Positions 18,951-30,035 are shown, numbered from the stretch's first letter. The stretch is DNA of 64,000 bases from Pelagomonas calceolata (GCA_918797485.1 CAKKNE010000002.1:2418001-2482000); one strand, 5' to 3'. Program-made: numbers and translations. The notes: a model not told the origin generated them from the sequence alone.

Positions 18951-21900
18951 ATGCGCAGCCCCATGAACAAAGAGAACCGACACACCACGAGGACCGTCGT
19001 CGCGAAGCGCGGCAGCGTGGTCCTGGCCCCGGTCCCCACCGCGCGCGAGCCGCAGCGGCCCCGGAGCCAGCAGACGGACGCCGTCCTGCAGCTCGTGACC
19101 GCCGTCAAGGACCACCTGCGCTTCCGGCAGCTCGCGACGTACGCCGTCGACACCTTCTCCAAGAGTCTGGCGCCGCCGAACGCGGATTGGAGGGCCTACG
19201 TCGAGGCCGCTTTGGACGTGGACGCGGCCAATGTCGTCGTGTCAGCATTGGACGCCCACGCCGGAGACAAGGACGTGCTCGGCGCCTGCGCGACGTGTCT
19301 AGGACGACTGGCCGTCGACGCGCGGCACGCGTCGCAAATCGCGGACGCCGGCGGCGTGCGCAGCGCGCTGCGGGCGTCCGCCCAGTGCCAGGCCTGCGCT
19401 GTGTCTGTATTATGCTTCGCGGACGCCATGTGCGCCCACCCAAAGTCGTTCGCGGCCGTGGCGGCGGCGGCCGCCGACGTCGCCGGCGCCATTACCGAGG
19501 AGGCCCTGGCGCCCGGCGCCCGCGTCCTCGTGCGGCTCTGCGGGGCTGAAGGTTTGGACGAGGTCCTCAAAGCAAAAAGGGACGTCTCGGCGGCGCTCTT
19601 AAAAACGCTGGAGGCCTCGGCCGACCCCGCCTCGCGAGCCGTCGGCGACGCCGCGAAGGTCCTGACGGCAATAATCGACGCGGACGGGAAGGAGGCGTCT
19701 TATTTAGCAAGGAAGGGCGCCGTGGACATCTTTCTCGACAAAATCGCGTTTCTGGAAGGCGACGCGGCGGCCGCGCGGGACGTGGCGCGGCTGCTCGCGC
19801 GCCTCGTCGAGGGTGGCGTGGCGGAGCTCGTGAAGCGCTTGAAGAGTACGGGAGACGCGCGCGCGGCCAAATTGCTAGCAGCGCTCGCCGCGGACGGCGA
19901 CCTCGCGGCCGAGATCGCTTTGTGTGGAGGCGTCCGCGCGCTCGTCGCGGCGCTCGAGGGCGATTTGTCAGCGGCGGCGCTGCAGGCGGCCGTCGACGCG
20001 CTCCACCGCCTCGCGGCCTACGATTTGCCCGCGGGCGCCGTCGAGGCGTTGCTCAAGTGCTTGGCGCGCGGCCCGGGCGACGAGGCGTGCTTCAAGATCC
20101 TGCGCGCGCTGAACGCCATCATGCGGCAGCGGAGCGTAGATGCTGTAAGCCGCATCCCGAAGGCCACGGAGATCGTCTGCCGCGTCGTCGCCGACCGCGC
20201 GAAGCACGGCGGCGTGGCGTCGGAGGGCTGCTTCTACGTTTCCATGGTGTGCGACGACGACGCCGAGGCCCTCGGCACCTGCGAGGGGGGCGTGCGCGCC
20301 GTGCGCCGGGCGCTCAAAGCCCACCCGATGGATCAATTGGTGCAGCGCCGCGGCCTCGACGCGCTCGCCGGGCTGGCAAGATTAAAACCGGCGCTCGTCG
20401 CGAAGAAGGGCGGCGCCCTGCTCGCGGTGGACGCGATCGTCAATTTTAGTGGCGACGCGCGCATCGTCGCCCAGGCGCTCACCGTGCTCGCGCTCGTCGC
20501 CGCCGAGGACGCGTATTCCGTCCGGGACGCGTGCCCGGGGGCCGACTGGCTCGCGACGTTGGCTCCGGCCGCCGCGGACCACGCCGACGTCCGGGCCGTG
20601 CGCCGGGCCTTCGCCGGCGTCGCGTCGAGAGTCGCGACGGACGCCGACGTCCGCGGCGTCCTCAAGGACCTCCAGGACATCGCCGCCGTGGTCACGACGG
20701 GCCGCGACAAAGCGGGGCTGGACCGCTTAGCAAGGACGGCGGCCGCTGCTGCGGCCCTCGGCTTCTGCAAGGAGGCGCGGCGAACCCTAAAGGAGGCCGC
20801 CCCGTCAACCGTCCACGTCCTCACGGCGGTCGCGGGCGACGCGCGCGTCGACGCGAGTACGGTACGCCACCTCGTGACGGCCCTCGCCGCCATGGAAGAC
20901 GACGGCTTCGCGCAGGATGTGTTGTACGACGACGCGCTGCGGGCCGCCGTCGGCGTCGCGTCGTCGCGCTGCGCGTCGCCCAAAACGGCGGCGACGGCCT
21001 TAGATTTCGTGACGCGGCTGGCCCTGCGGAGCGCCGACGACGCGCTCGCGGCGGGCGCCGCGGAGGCCGCCGCGGCGGTCGTCGCGTGCCAGGCGCCGCG
21101 CGGCGACGACGCGTTCGCGCGGGCGGCCGCCGCGTTCCCGTGCCTGGCGGCGCTCTGCGCCACGTCAGAATTGACGGCGAGCGTCGCGGCGCGCAACGGC
21201 GCCAAGCCCTGCGTGGCGGCGCTGACGCGCGTGACGGACTGCCCGGCGCATCGACGGGCCGTCCGCGGCTGCACGGAAGCGCTGCGCGTCCTCGGGCGTT
21301 TGGGGAGGACCGACTTGCGGGGTCGCGCGTCGGCCCTGGACGCCGTTTTTGCCGCGATGGACGTTGTGGAAGACGCCGCGTTCCAGGCGCAAGCGGTTCG
21401 GACGGCATCAAAGCTCGCGACGGATGCGCTCGCGCGCAAGGCCATGCAGAAACTAGCAAGCGTCGACGCCATTAAAAAGCTGGGCCGCGTCCTGGAGTGT
21501 CGAACGGACGCGCCCTGGGCCGCCGAGGCCGTTGATATTCTCACGAAGACGCTGCGGCGCGCGTTGCACGAGGAGGACCATGCGAAGGCCCGCGCGTGCG
21601 TCGTGGCGCTGCACCGGTCCCGGAAGCACGCCACGGAGGACTACGCCGGTATGTTCCTCGACGAGTTGAGGCGCCACCCGACGCGCGATGTGATCAGGGA
21701 CACCGCGACGCTAGTATCGAACGAGGCCTTCCGGGCCGCCTTGATCTCAAGTGATGGCGTCAACGTCCTCCTGCCGCTGGCGCGGGACGCGGCGCTCGCG
21801 GACGCCGCCGAGCGGTGCCTCGCGGTCGTGGCGGCGCACCCGCGCGGCGCCGCCGATCTCCTCAAAGGCGGCGCCGCGCGGCACGCGTGCGCGCGCCTCG

Positions 21901-24900
21901 CCGAGGATCCCACGAGCGGCGGCTCTTCCTTATTATTAGGCGCGCTCGCGCCGCACGCGTCGGCGGAGCAGCTCCGCAAGGCCGGCGCCGCGCGGGCCGT
22001 CCGCGCGGGGCTGCTGGACGACGACGACGAGGCCCGCGAGCGGGCCTGCGGTCTGGTGAAGGAGATGACGCACCTGAGGAGCGACCTCCTGGCGTCGGCG
22101 CCGCGCCTCGTCAAGCTGCTCGGAAACGACGAGGAGAGCCCGCGGGCCGCGGCGCGCGCCGTCGACGCCCTTTGTGCGGGAGACGACGCCGTGCAGCTAT
22201 TCGTGGACCTCGACACGGCGCATAACATGCTGGGCGCGATGCGCCGCTGGCCGGACGACGACGAGTTGGCGCGGACGTGCGCCGGCGTCCTCGCGCGCCT
22301 CTCGGGCGGCGACGGCTCGGGGTTAAGTGAGGTGCTCGCGTCGGCGGCGACGCAGTGCGACCGCCTGCCGGAGGCGCTGGACGACCTCGTCGCGGATTTA
22401 ACGCTCGCGGGCCACCTCGTGCTCCTGCCGGGCGCGGTCGACGACGCGGGCCCGGTCCTGGACGTCGTCGCGCTGGTCCTCGTGCGCACGACGAATGGCA
22501 ACGCCCTGGACGCGGCGATGACGCTCCTGGCGCGCCTGCTGCAGGTTCGCGACCTTCCCGTCGACGCGGCCGCCGCGGCCCGGTCCATCAAAGGGGCCTT
22601 TCCCCGGGCCATCGCGCGCGCGGCGGCGGCAGCCGTGGCGCTCGGGCGCCGCGGCGCGGGCGGCATTCGAGAATTGCATCGACAAGGCGTGACGGAGGGC
22701 CTGAAGCGCGACGCGCGCGTCGGCGCCGCGACGCTGTCTTACCTGCTGGACGCGGCCGCGGCGGACGCCAGCGCGCTCGCCGACGAGACCGGCGCCGAGG
22801 CCTTCGCCGAGCTCCTGGACGCCGTGCCCGGGCGCGCGGGCGCTTTAGCGAAGGCCGCCGACACGTGCGCCCAGGCGCTCCTCGAGGCGCTTCCCCTCTT
22901 GCAGGACGACGCCGCGGCGGGGCAGGTCGTGGACGCGCTGGTCACGCACGCCGTGGCGGCGCCGCAGGCCCAGGCCGTGCCCTGCCGCGTCGAGCACGTG
23001 GCCGCCCTCTGCCGCGCGCGCGAGAAGCTCGGCAAGGACGACGCCCTGTCCCTTCACCAGGCGACGCTGGCGACGGCGGACGGCGGCAAGTTGTGTTTTG
23101 GGGGCTACGTCCCTGCGTTCAACGACTTTGTGAAGGGCGACCTGCGCGGCGCCTCGTCAATGCGAGCGCGAAACGCGTGCGAGATGGTCGCGCGGGGCGC
23201 GGGCCTTGGCGACGCCGACGTCAATCAAGCGTTAATAGAAGGGAGGTTCCCCCACGCGCTGCTGGACGCGCTCAAAATGCCGGAACGTTTGAATGACGAG
23301 GCCTTCGCCCAGAACGCTTTATATGCGCTGCGGTGCCTGCTCGAAGGTGGTCAAACGGTCGACGTCGCCTTCGACGCGGCGCGGGTCGTGAGAGCGGTCG
23401 CCGCCGCGCACCCTCAGAATACCTACATCGGCGAGACGGCGCGCGCGGTCTCCACGCTGATCGAGGAGGCGCAGGCGGGCGGGCCCGGCGCGCGCGTCGC
23501 GGCGCGGCTCGCTGCCCTAAAAGCGATCCACGCGGCGGCCGCGGACTGGACCTGCGCCTTGTCCGACGAGGGCGGCGACCCCTACTACTACAACGGTGCT
23601 ACGAAGCAATCCGCGTGGGCCCAGCCGGCCGAGCACGCCGCTTTGGTCGCGGAGTTGGATGATCTGGGCGATCTCATGGAATTGTGCGCCGGCCAGGTCG
23701 ACCCGGCGAACTGCGGGGCGCTGGCGGCGTGCCTGTCGACGCACGCGCGCGACGCCGTCGTGTCGTCGCGCCTCGCGAAGGTACTCGAAGCGGTCGGGCG
23801 CGACGACGCGGTCGCCGATTTATTATGCGACGTCTGCGGGCTCGAGCATCTGATCCTCGGGTTGGAAAAGGCCTCGGCGCCGGACCACGTGTTGCACGTC
23901 GTGGCGCTGCTGGACCGCGTCGCTTCCCTGGAAAAGATGCGCGCGCGGTTGGGGACGAAGCAATATATCACGATCCTGAATCAGGTCTGCCTGGACCACA
24001 TGGGCCGCGGGCCGATCGTCGAACACGTCATTTCCATCTTCGGCAAGCTGTGCACGGAGGAGGGGGCGGTGGCCATCCAGATGGAGGCGAACGTGCCCTA
24101 CACGCTCAAGTGGGCGCTGCAGACCCACTCCGCCGCGAAACGCCTTTGTGAGAAGTGTGTTTTGAACGCGTCGCGCCTCGTCGCGGGCAACGACGACGCG
24201 CGCACGGGCTACGTCTGCGAGCAAGTCACGCCGGAGCTTGTGGCAAGCTTGGAAACGCACAATGGAGACGCGGACTTCGTCGTGGCCGTCCTCAAGTGCT
24301 TTGGGGCCTTTTCGCTGCACGACCCGTCGATTCTCGCGATGGTCTCGCACGGCGTGACGGAGAAAGTAGTCAGCGCGACGGAGCGCCACGGCGACCACGC
24401 GCAACTACTGCGGACGGCCGTGGAGCTCTTCGGTAATTTGGGTGCAGCCGAGGACGACGATCTGGACGCGCGTTGTACGGCCCTTTTGTTGGAGGGGGGC
24501 GCTGTCGACGCCATCGGCTCGATTCTAGATTCGTGCCGGGCCCGGATCGACGGCGACGCGCTGGCCCTGATTGGTGCTTGCTTCGACGCGCTTTATAATT
24601 TGGCCAACGACACGAACGCGGCGGCTGCGGTCGTCGAAGGGGGTTTGTGTGAGGCGTGCGTCCACTGTGCGCGCGTGTACGACGCCTGCGACGCGCTGGT
24701 GGTCCAGGGCGTCAAGTTGATTGGGGTACTCACGTATGACAGTAATGCGGTGCAGCGCCTCTCCCGGTGTGGGGCGGCGGCGGTGCTCGCGGACGCGCTG
24801 CGGTCGCGGGCGGACGACCACGACTTCGTGTACGACGCAATATTGGGCCTGGCGAACCTCGTGACGCTCGACGAGAACGCGGCCGCGTTCCGGCACGACA

Positions 24901-25865
24901 CCAAGCGGCTCGACGCGCTGGGTGATGTTCTGGAGGCCCACGGCGACGACGAGGACATCGCGACGTTTGCCCTCAAGGCACTCGTGCGTCTCGCGGCGGA
25001 CGACGGGATCTCGAAGGCGATCGCTGAATTGGTGGGCAAGGTGGCGCGCGCCGCTCCCGACCTCGCAGAAAAGCCGCAGACACTGGCCTTTGAGCTGATC
25101 GCGCACCTGGCTTACGTCCCGGAGAACCGCGTGGCCTTGGTGGCCCAGGGCGGCGTGCGTGCGCTGCTCCTGGCGCTGGAGGGGCCGTCGACGGCGTCCG
25201 TCCTGGAACGCGCGCTCAAGACGCTCGATGTGCTCGTGGCTGCCGACGTCGAGTACGCCTCGGTCGTGCTGGAGCTGAACGGACGAGCCGCCGTCGAGCG
25301 CCACGTCCACGAGACGACGCGGTCGGTCGCGGACATGGCGCGGCGGGCGTTGGAGACCATCGACGCCGTCGTTGGCCACCAACCACGGGGCCAGCGCGCG
25401 GCGCTCCGAGGATTGGGCATGGCGTCGGGAAATAACTCTAGGCGAGCCTCGGACGTCGAGCCCGCCGGCGACCCGCTCGGGCGGTACCGCGCCATGCTCG
25501 TGGCGGGAAGCCCGTTCAAGGAATGGGCCGCGGGCAAAAGTAGCGCAAGAAAGATAGCGCTCGCCGGCGACTTCACCTCGCTCGTCACGCTGAGCGGGGG
25601 GAAAGTCAAGACGCGCTTGGCGCTCAATTCCCTGCTTCGCTGCGACCTCGGCCGGGGCGCGGCGCACGCGAAAAAGAAAATGCTCTCGTCCACGAAAGTT
25701 CCCGGCGGCAAGGCGGACGCCTGCTTCGTGATCAAGGGCCTCGCGGAGAACGACGTCTTATGCGGCGAGTGCAATAGCCGCGCGGACGCCGTCGCCCTGA
25801 AGGACGCGCTCAACGCCCTACTTCGGTGCGCCGCGCGGTGGCCGCACCGGTTGGCGAGCGGGTAA
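18951..25865 (+). CDS. Large armadillo/HEAT-repeat protein with an internal WW domain and a PH-like C-terminus
   Basis: 2304-aa ORF with repeated ARM-like motifs (GGVRALVAAL, LVAQGGVRALLLAL) and a WW motif WTCALSDEGGDPYYYNGATKQSAWAQP. The PH-like tail is inferred. Confidence 0.8.
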   Translation: MRSPMNKENRHTTRTVVAKRGSVVLAPVPTAREPQRPRSQQTDAVLQLVTAVKDHLRFRQLATYAVDTFSKSLAPPNADWRAYVEAALDVDAANVVVSALDAHAGDKDVLGACATCLGRLAVDARHASQIADAGGVRSALRASAQCQACAVSVLCFADAMCAHPKSFAAVAAAAADVAGAITEEALAPGARVLVRLCGAEGLDEVLKAKRDVSAALLKTLEASADPASRAVGDAAKVLTAIIDADGKEASYLARKGAVDIFLDKIAFLEGDAAAARDVARLLARLVEGGVAELVKRLKSTGDARAAKLLAALAADGDLAAEIALCGGVRALVAALEGDLSAAALQAAVDALHRLAAYDLPAGAVEALLKCLARGPGDEACFKILRALNAIMRQRSVDAVSRIPKATEIVCRVVADRAKHGGVASEGCFYVSMVCDDDAEALGTCEGGVRAVRRALKAHPMDQLVQRRGLDALAGLARLKPALVAKKGGALLAVDAIVNFSGDARIVAQALTVLALVAAEDAYSVRDACPGADWLATLAPAAADHADVRAVRRAFAGVASRVATDADVRGVLKDLQDIAAVVTTGRDKAGLDRLARTAAAAAALGFCKEARRTLKEAAPSTVHVLTAVAGDARVDASTVRHLVTALAAMEDDGFAQDVLYDDALRAAVGVASSRCASPKTAATALDFVTRLALRSADDALAAGAAEAAAAVVACQAPRGDDAFARAAAAFPCLAALCATSELTASVAARNGAKPCVAALTRVTDCPAHRRAVRGCTEALRVLGRLGRTDLRGRASALDAVFAAMDVVEDAAFQAQAVRTASKLATDALARKAMQKLASVDAIKKLGRVLECRTDAPWAAEAVDILTKTLRRALHEEDHAKARACVVALHRSRKHATEDYAGMFLDELRRHPTRDVIRDTATLVSNEAFRAALISSDGVNVLLPLARDAALADAAERCLAVVAAHPRGAADLLKGGAARHACARLAEDPTSGGSSLLLGALAPHASAEQLRKAGAARAVRAGLLDDDDEARERACGLVKEMTHLRSDLLASAPRLVKLLGNDEESPRAAARAVDALCAGDDAVQLFVDLDTAHNMLGAMRRWPDDDELARTCAGVLARLSGGDGSGLSEVLASAATQCDRLPEALDDLVADLTLAGHLVLLPGAVDDAGPVLDVVALVLVRTTNGNALDAAMTLLARLLQVRDLPVDAAAAARSIKGAFPRAIARAAAAAVALGRRGAGGIRELHRQGVTEGLKRDARVGAATLSYLLDAAAADASALADETGAEAFAELLDAVPGRAGALAKAADTCAQALLEALPLLQDDAAAGQVVDALVTHAVAAPQAQAVPCRVEHVAALCRAREKLGKDDALSLHQATLATADGGKLCFGGYVPAFNDFVKGDLRGASSMRARNACEMVARGAGLGDADVNQALIEGRFPHALLDALKMPERLNDEAFAQNALYALRCLLEGGQTVDVAFDAARVVRAVAAAHPQNTYIGETARAVSTLIEEAQAGGPGARVAARLAALKAIHAAAADWTCALSDEGGDPYYYNGATKQSAWAQPAEHAALVAELDDLGDLMELCAGQVDPANCGALAACLSTHARDAVVSSRLAKVLEAVGRDDAVADLLCDVCGLEHLILGLEKASAPDHVLHVVALLDRVASLEKMRARLGTKQYITILNQVCLDHMGRGPIVEHVISIFGKLCTEEGAVAIQMEANVPYTLKWALQTHSAAKRLCEKCVLNASRLVAGNDDARTGYVCEQVTPELVASLETHNGDADFVVAVLKCFGAFSLHDPSILAMVSHGVTEKVVSATERHGDHAQLLRTAVELFGNLGAAEDDDLDARCTALLLEGGAVDAIGSILDSCRARIDGDALALIGACFDALYNLANDTNAAAAVVEGGLCEACVHCARVYDACDALVVQGVKLIGVLTYDSNAVQRLSRCGAAAVLADALRSRADDHDFVYDAILGLANLVTLDENAAAFRHDTKRLDALGDVLEAHGDDEDIATFALKALVRLAADDGISKAIAELVGKVARAAPDLAEKPQTLAFELIAHLAYVPENRVALVAQGGVRALLLALEGPSTASVLERALKTLDVLVAADVEYASVVLELNGRAAVERHVHETTRSVADMARRALETIDAVVGHQPRGQRAALRGLGMASGNNSRRASDVEPAGDPLGRYRAMLVAGSPFKEWAAGKSSARKIALAGDFTSLVTLSGGKVKTRLALNSLLRCDLGRGAAHAKKKMLSSTKVPGGKADACFVIKGLAENDVLCGECNSRADAVALKDALNALLRCAARWPHRLASG

Positions 25866-25889
25866 CAACAACATGTGATTATTCAAAAA

Positions 25890-26537
25890 CTAGAGATCCG
25901 TGGTGCGGTCGTGGATGTCCCGCTTCAGCAATTCCATGATCGTGATCTCCAACGATTCCGCGCGGTCGAAGAGTTCCTTCGTGCGGGACCCCTTCGTGTC
26001 GACCATGAAGCCGCGCCGCTCCTTGGGCGTCGCTTGTTCCAACAGCCGCAGGAGCCGGACGCCGTCGCCCGTGCGCTCGTAGGCGAGCGTTGCGCGCGTG
26101 ACGGCCGCGTGGCGCTTCAGGCGCTTCCCGTCGGCGCGCTTGCCGAGCAAGCCCGCCATCTCGGCCTCGGCGTCGTAGAGGCCCGCCTCGTAGAGCATGG
26201 CTTCCCGTTTATAGTCGTCCCAGAAGTCCAGTTCCGGGGTCAACGGGTCGGGACATTGTTTATGGCCATGTCTCGCACAGATCTGCTCGAGCGCGGCGAC
26301 GTACTTGTTCCACTGCGTGCCGAACTTCTCGCAATATCTTTTGAACCCGTCGTAGATGCGGCCCGCCTCGTCCGAAAGACCCGGAGGTTTACCGGAGCAC
26401 AACTCGGTCGCGTACTCGCCGGCGTACGGAGTTCTATCATCTGCTGACAGCTTGTGCAGCTCCTCTTTCGAGAGCGGCTCCGGTTTTGCTGTGGCAGCAT
26501 GCACGAGTAGGAGCACAAGTTTTCTAATCTTGCGCAT
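25890..26537 (-). CDS. Hypothetical secreted/ER protein
   Basis: Signal peptide MRKIRKLVLLLVHAATA; 215 aa; ends in RTTDL. Confidence 0.65.
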   Translation of the reverse strand: MRKIRKLVLLLVHAATAKPEPLSKEELHKLSADDRTPYAGEYATELCSGKPPGLSDEAGRIYDGFKRYCEKFGTQWNKYVAALEQICARHGHKQCPDPLTPELDFWDDYKREAMLYEAGLYDAEAEMAGLLGKRADGKRLKRHAAVTRATLAYERTGDGVRLLRLLEQATPKERRGFMVDTKGSRTKELFDRAESLEITIMELLKRDIHDRTTDL

Positions 26538-26643
26538 GGCTGCTCTATCGCATCGAGGGGTACCTAGCTAGCGCACCGAAAATAGCGCACTAGCGCACCA
26601 ATGCGCTACGACGAGCTTTTATAATAATTGGCAGAGACGGAGA

Positions 26644-26665
26644 GCTAGCGGTTGTAAGACACTAG
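26644..26665 (+). promoter_or_regulatory. CTAG-bounded intergenic motif
   Basis: GCTAGCGGTTGTAAGACACTAG. Confidence 0.75.
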
Positions 26666-26714
26666 AAAATCGGGTTTTGCGGAGCGATGATTCGTGAAAC
26701 TCTAAAAAATACAT

Positions 26715-29700
26715 TTAATTTATCGCGCACGAGTCGCCCCCGATGATCGGGATCGGCGGCGCCCCGGAACAGCCCCAGTCCTGCGCGGTCGCCTCGGGGG
26801 TCGCCTGGACGTCGGCGCCCACCAGATCGAAGTTCGGCCGCGGCGCCGACAGCTCCGCCGCGAGCGCGGCCGCGGCTTCGTACGCCACGGCGTGGCCCGC
26901 CGCGAGGTACTCGGGATCGCGCTCGAGCGCATACACGGCGTCGCAGTGCGAGGCGCCACGGGGCGACTCCTCCCCGGCGGCCCGTACGAACTCGCGTCGA
27001 CGCGAGTCGTGCCGCGCCCGCAGGACGCGCCAGACGGCGTCCGCCGGCGCCGTCTGCGAGGAGTCGGTCCAGGCGAAGCGCCCGCTCGAGACGGCCAGCC
27101 GCTCGACGCCGTTCTTCACGCAGCGCCTCGGCGCCAATATCCGCAAATCCACGGGCCGGCGCGATGCGACGTGCGTCGCCGCGGCCACGTCGATGCCGAG
27201 GCCGTCGAGCGCCGTCGTCAGGCAGATTCCGGCGCCGCAGTGCACTACCGCCCACACGCACGCGGCGGCGGCGATGCCCGAACGTGCGACGGAGAGCTCG
27301 ACCTTCCGCGTGGGCGCGAGGCTTTCGTCGTCCGCGAGGACTGCCGCGCGGTCGCACAGGTCGTCGTCCGCGACGTCGACGGCCTCGGTTAGGCGCGCTC
27401 CTAACGAGGGCAGGCCGTAGCGCGCCCAGTCGCCGTTCGCGCCCGCGTCGGTCACGAGGCAGCACCGCACGCGACACCTTCGGGGCACGACCTTCGCGTC
27501 GAAGCGGAGCGCGCCGCGCCAGCAGGCCGCCGCGACGGCGCGCGTGTCCCGCCTCAGCGCGCCGCGGTCGTCAAAGGGATCCATGATCAACAAGTCGGCA
27601 CGCCTGCCGCGCAGGACTGACGCGGCGTCGCGACCCGCGTCGCCGACCCTGACCTCGACGTGCACGCCTACCGCACCGTCGACGCCGTTCTCCGCCACGA
27701 GCCGCCGCGCGACGGCCGCGAGCCGCGCGTCTCGGGCCATGAGCAGGACTGTGGCGCGGACGGCGCGCCCAGCCGCGGCCCGCGCCGCGAGCAGCGCGAG
27801 CACGGCCGCCAGGTCGCCGCCAACGACCAGCACCAGGGCCGACTCGCCCCTCCTTTGCGCCCTTTCCGCCGCTTCCGGCACGGCAACGTCCACGGCTTCC
27901 CGAAACGCGCTCGCCGTCGGCGCGTCCCGCACCGCCGCCGCCCGGTCCCAGCGCAGGGACAGCGCGTTCGCCAGGAAGGACGCGCCCGGCCGCCGCGCCA
28001 GCGTGAACGCGACGCCCGCGGCAGTGTAGGTGCAGTGGACGCCGTCGCGCAGGCCCGCGGCCGTCGCGCGCGGCAGGGGCGTCCAGGCGTGTGGCAGCGA
28101 CGCGGGTAGTGCCCGCGTGATCGTGTCCGCCCCGAAGGGACCGATTTCGGGCCAGCAGACCAGGGCCACAAGCGCGCCGCCGGCGACCGCCGGCCGGCCG
28201 TCGTCGAACGCGTCGCACGGCAGGTCGAGCACGACGTCCTGTTCAGTCAGCGTTTCGCTCAGCTCCAGCGACACCGCGACGACCGGCGGGCTCAGCCACT
28301 TCATTTTCACAGCTGACAAGTCTACTTCCACGGCGCGCGGGTCGTCCCGCAGCCCCCGCGCGACGGCGGCGTCAAAGGCGTTCAGCGTCAGCTTCTCGCC
28401 CCGCGCGTCGTGCGACGGCGACGATATGGCCACGGCCGCGACGACGAGCCGCGCCTGGCCGGGGACGTAGGTCGCGCCGGGCTCGACCAGGCGGGCGCGC
28501 CGTAGCGCTGTGAGCTGCGGTACTAGCCGCCGGTTGAGCAAAGCGCCGCCAAAAAGCCGCGGATCCACCAGCACGACGCGGGCCGCGTCCCGGTCCAGCC
28601 CGTCGACGTCCGCGCGGCACCGCTCCGCCGGCGCTAATACAACATCGAACGCGTCCGGCGCGGCCTTTGCCGCCTTCCGGGCGGCGCAGATCGCCACCAG
28701 ATCCAAGGCGGCGCCGTGCGGAGTCGCGACAACGACGGCGCCCTTCGCGTGCAGCGCCGCGGCCCGCAGGAGCGGCACGGTCGTGACACCCAAACAAAGC
28801 GTCTTCGCGCCGCCGTGGTCCAGGGCCGCGCCGACGACCTGTTTGATGACGTCCACACCTACTACTTCAAACGCCCGCGCGCGGACCGGCGCCGCGAGCG
28901 CGCCGCGCTCGGCCGCGAGCGCCGCGGCGGCACACGCGAGGCGCCGCGGCGGCGGCTGCCAGGCCCGCGGCGGCCTCGGGCTCTCCTCCTCGTCGTCGTC
29001 GTCGACCTCGAGCGTCTCCGCGGCCTCGACGGCGACGGCGCCGAAGGGCGACGTGTTCGCCGTGAGGCCGCCGCGCGCGACGGCCGCGTTGCGGAAGGCC
29101 TCCTCGGCCTCGACGTAGCGCGCCATGCCCACGAGGGCGCGGCCCGCGGCGATCCAGGCCGCCGCGCGGTCGCGCGGCGTCGTCGACCGCGCCAGCGTCT
29201 CGCCCGCGGCGCCGAGCGCCGCGCAGAAGCGGCCGCGGCCGAGATACACGGCCGCGGCGTCGTCATCCTCGTGGCCGCCGCCCTCCTCGGCGTCGGGCCC
29301 CGCGTCGACGGCGTCGTCGGGCGGCTGGGAAGCGAAGGGCCAGAAGACGCACGACGTGAGCGACGTCGTCCCCTGCGCCGCCCAGACGTTCGCCGCTACC
29401 GAGAGGAGCGGCGCCGTCGCGTCGTCGCGGCTCCGGTCGTCGTCGGCGCAGCTCTCGAACTTGGCGAAGGCCGCCTCGGCCATGAGCGCGCCGACCTGGG
29501 CGTGCGACGGGCCCAGCACGTGCTGCAGGCCGCGCATCGCCGTGAGCAGCGCGGGCAGGCACTCCGCGAACTCGCCCCGTCTCAAGCGCGCCGACGCGAG
29601 CCAGCCCGCGCCGAGCGCAGCGGCGACGCGGTCGCCCCGGCGCTCCAACAGCTCGGCGCGCTGGGCGCCGCGCTCGGCGTGCGCGACGGCCGCGTCGTCG

Positions 29701-29849
29701 CGGCCCGCGGCGGCCATCATCCAGGGCGTCTCCGGACCGGTGCAGCGGGCTAGCTGTTCGAGAAGGGGCTGTTGCGCCTTGTCGAGCTCCTCGCGCGCCT
29801 CGCGGAGCAGTTTCCTCGTTTGCTCCGGCGTTTTGTTTTTGGGGGCCAT
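26715..29849 (-). CDS. TPR plus tandem protein-arginine-methyltransferase-like protein (PRMT7/9-like), degenerate
   Basis: N-terminal TPR-like helices; two Rossmann-like modules (VVLVDPRLFGGALL..YVPGQARL and ADLLIMDPFDDRG..VVPRRCRV). Confidence 0.6.
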   Translation of the reverse strand: MAPKNKTPEQTRKLLREAREELDKAQQPLLEQLARCTGPETPWMMAAAGRDDAAVAHAERGAQRAELLERRGDRVAAALGAGWLASARLRRGEFAECLPALLTAMRGLQHVLGPSHAQVGALMAEAAFAKFESCADDDRSRDDATAPLLSVAANVWAAQGTTSLTSCVFWPFASQPPDDAVDAGPDAEEGGGHEDDDAAAVYLGRGRFCAALGAAGETLARSTTPRDRAAAWIAAGRALVGMARYVEAEEAFRNAAVARGGLTANTSPFGAVAVEAAETLEVDDDDEEESPRPPRAWQPPPRRLACAAAALAAERGALAAPVRARAFEVVGVDVIKQVVGAALDHGGAKTLCLGVTTVPLLRAAALHAKGAVVVATPHGAALDLVAICAARKAAKAAPDAFDVVLAPAERCRADVDGLDRDAARVVLVDPRLFGGALLNRRLVPQLTALRRARLVEPGATYVPGQARLVVAAVAISSPSHDARGEKLTLNAFDAAVARGLRDDPRAVEVDLSAVKMKWLSPPVVAVSLELSETLTEQDVVLDLPCDAFDDGRPAVAGGALVALVCWPEIGPFGADTITRALPASLPHAWTPLPRATAAGLRDGVHCTYTAAGVAFTLARRPGASFLANALSLRWDRAAAVRDAPTASAFREAVDVAVPEAAERAQRRGESALVLVVGGDLAAVLALLAARAAAGRAVRATVLLMARDARLAAVARRLVAENGVDGAVGVHVEVRVGDAGRDAASVLRGRRADLLIMDPFDDRGALRRDTRAVAAACWRGALRFDAKVVPRRCRVRCCLVTDAGANGDWARYGLPSLGARLTEAVDVADDDLCDRAAVLADDESLAPTRKVELSVARSGIAAAACVWAVVHCGAGICLTTALDGLGIDVAAATHVASRRPVDLRILAPRRCVKNGVERLAVSSGRFAWTDSSQTAPADAVWRVLRARHDSRRREFVRAAGEESPRGASHCDAVYALERDPEYLAAGHAVAYEAAAALAAELSAPRPNFDLVGADVQATPEATAQDWGCSGAPPIPIIGGDSCAIN

Positions 29850-30035
29850 AGCGGTGCCGGGGCAGCCAAATACCTCTGCTTACACCTTCGTATGGTTCAT
29901 GCGGCAGCCCTTCGAACCTCTTCGTCGTCTCCGCGCCGCGCAAAGGACGCTCGCGGTTGGGAGAGCGGCATGAAATCTTGAGTGGTAGCGGGTTTTTTCA
30001 GCTTCACGCCGTCGTCGACGCGAAAGATCTATCTT

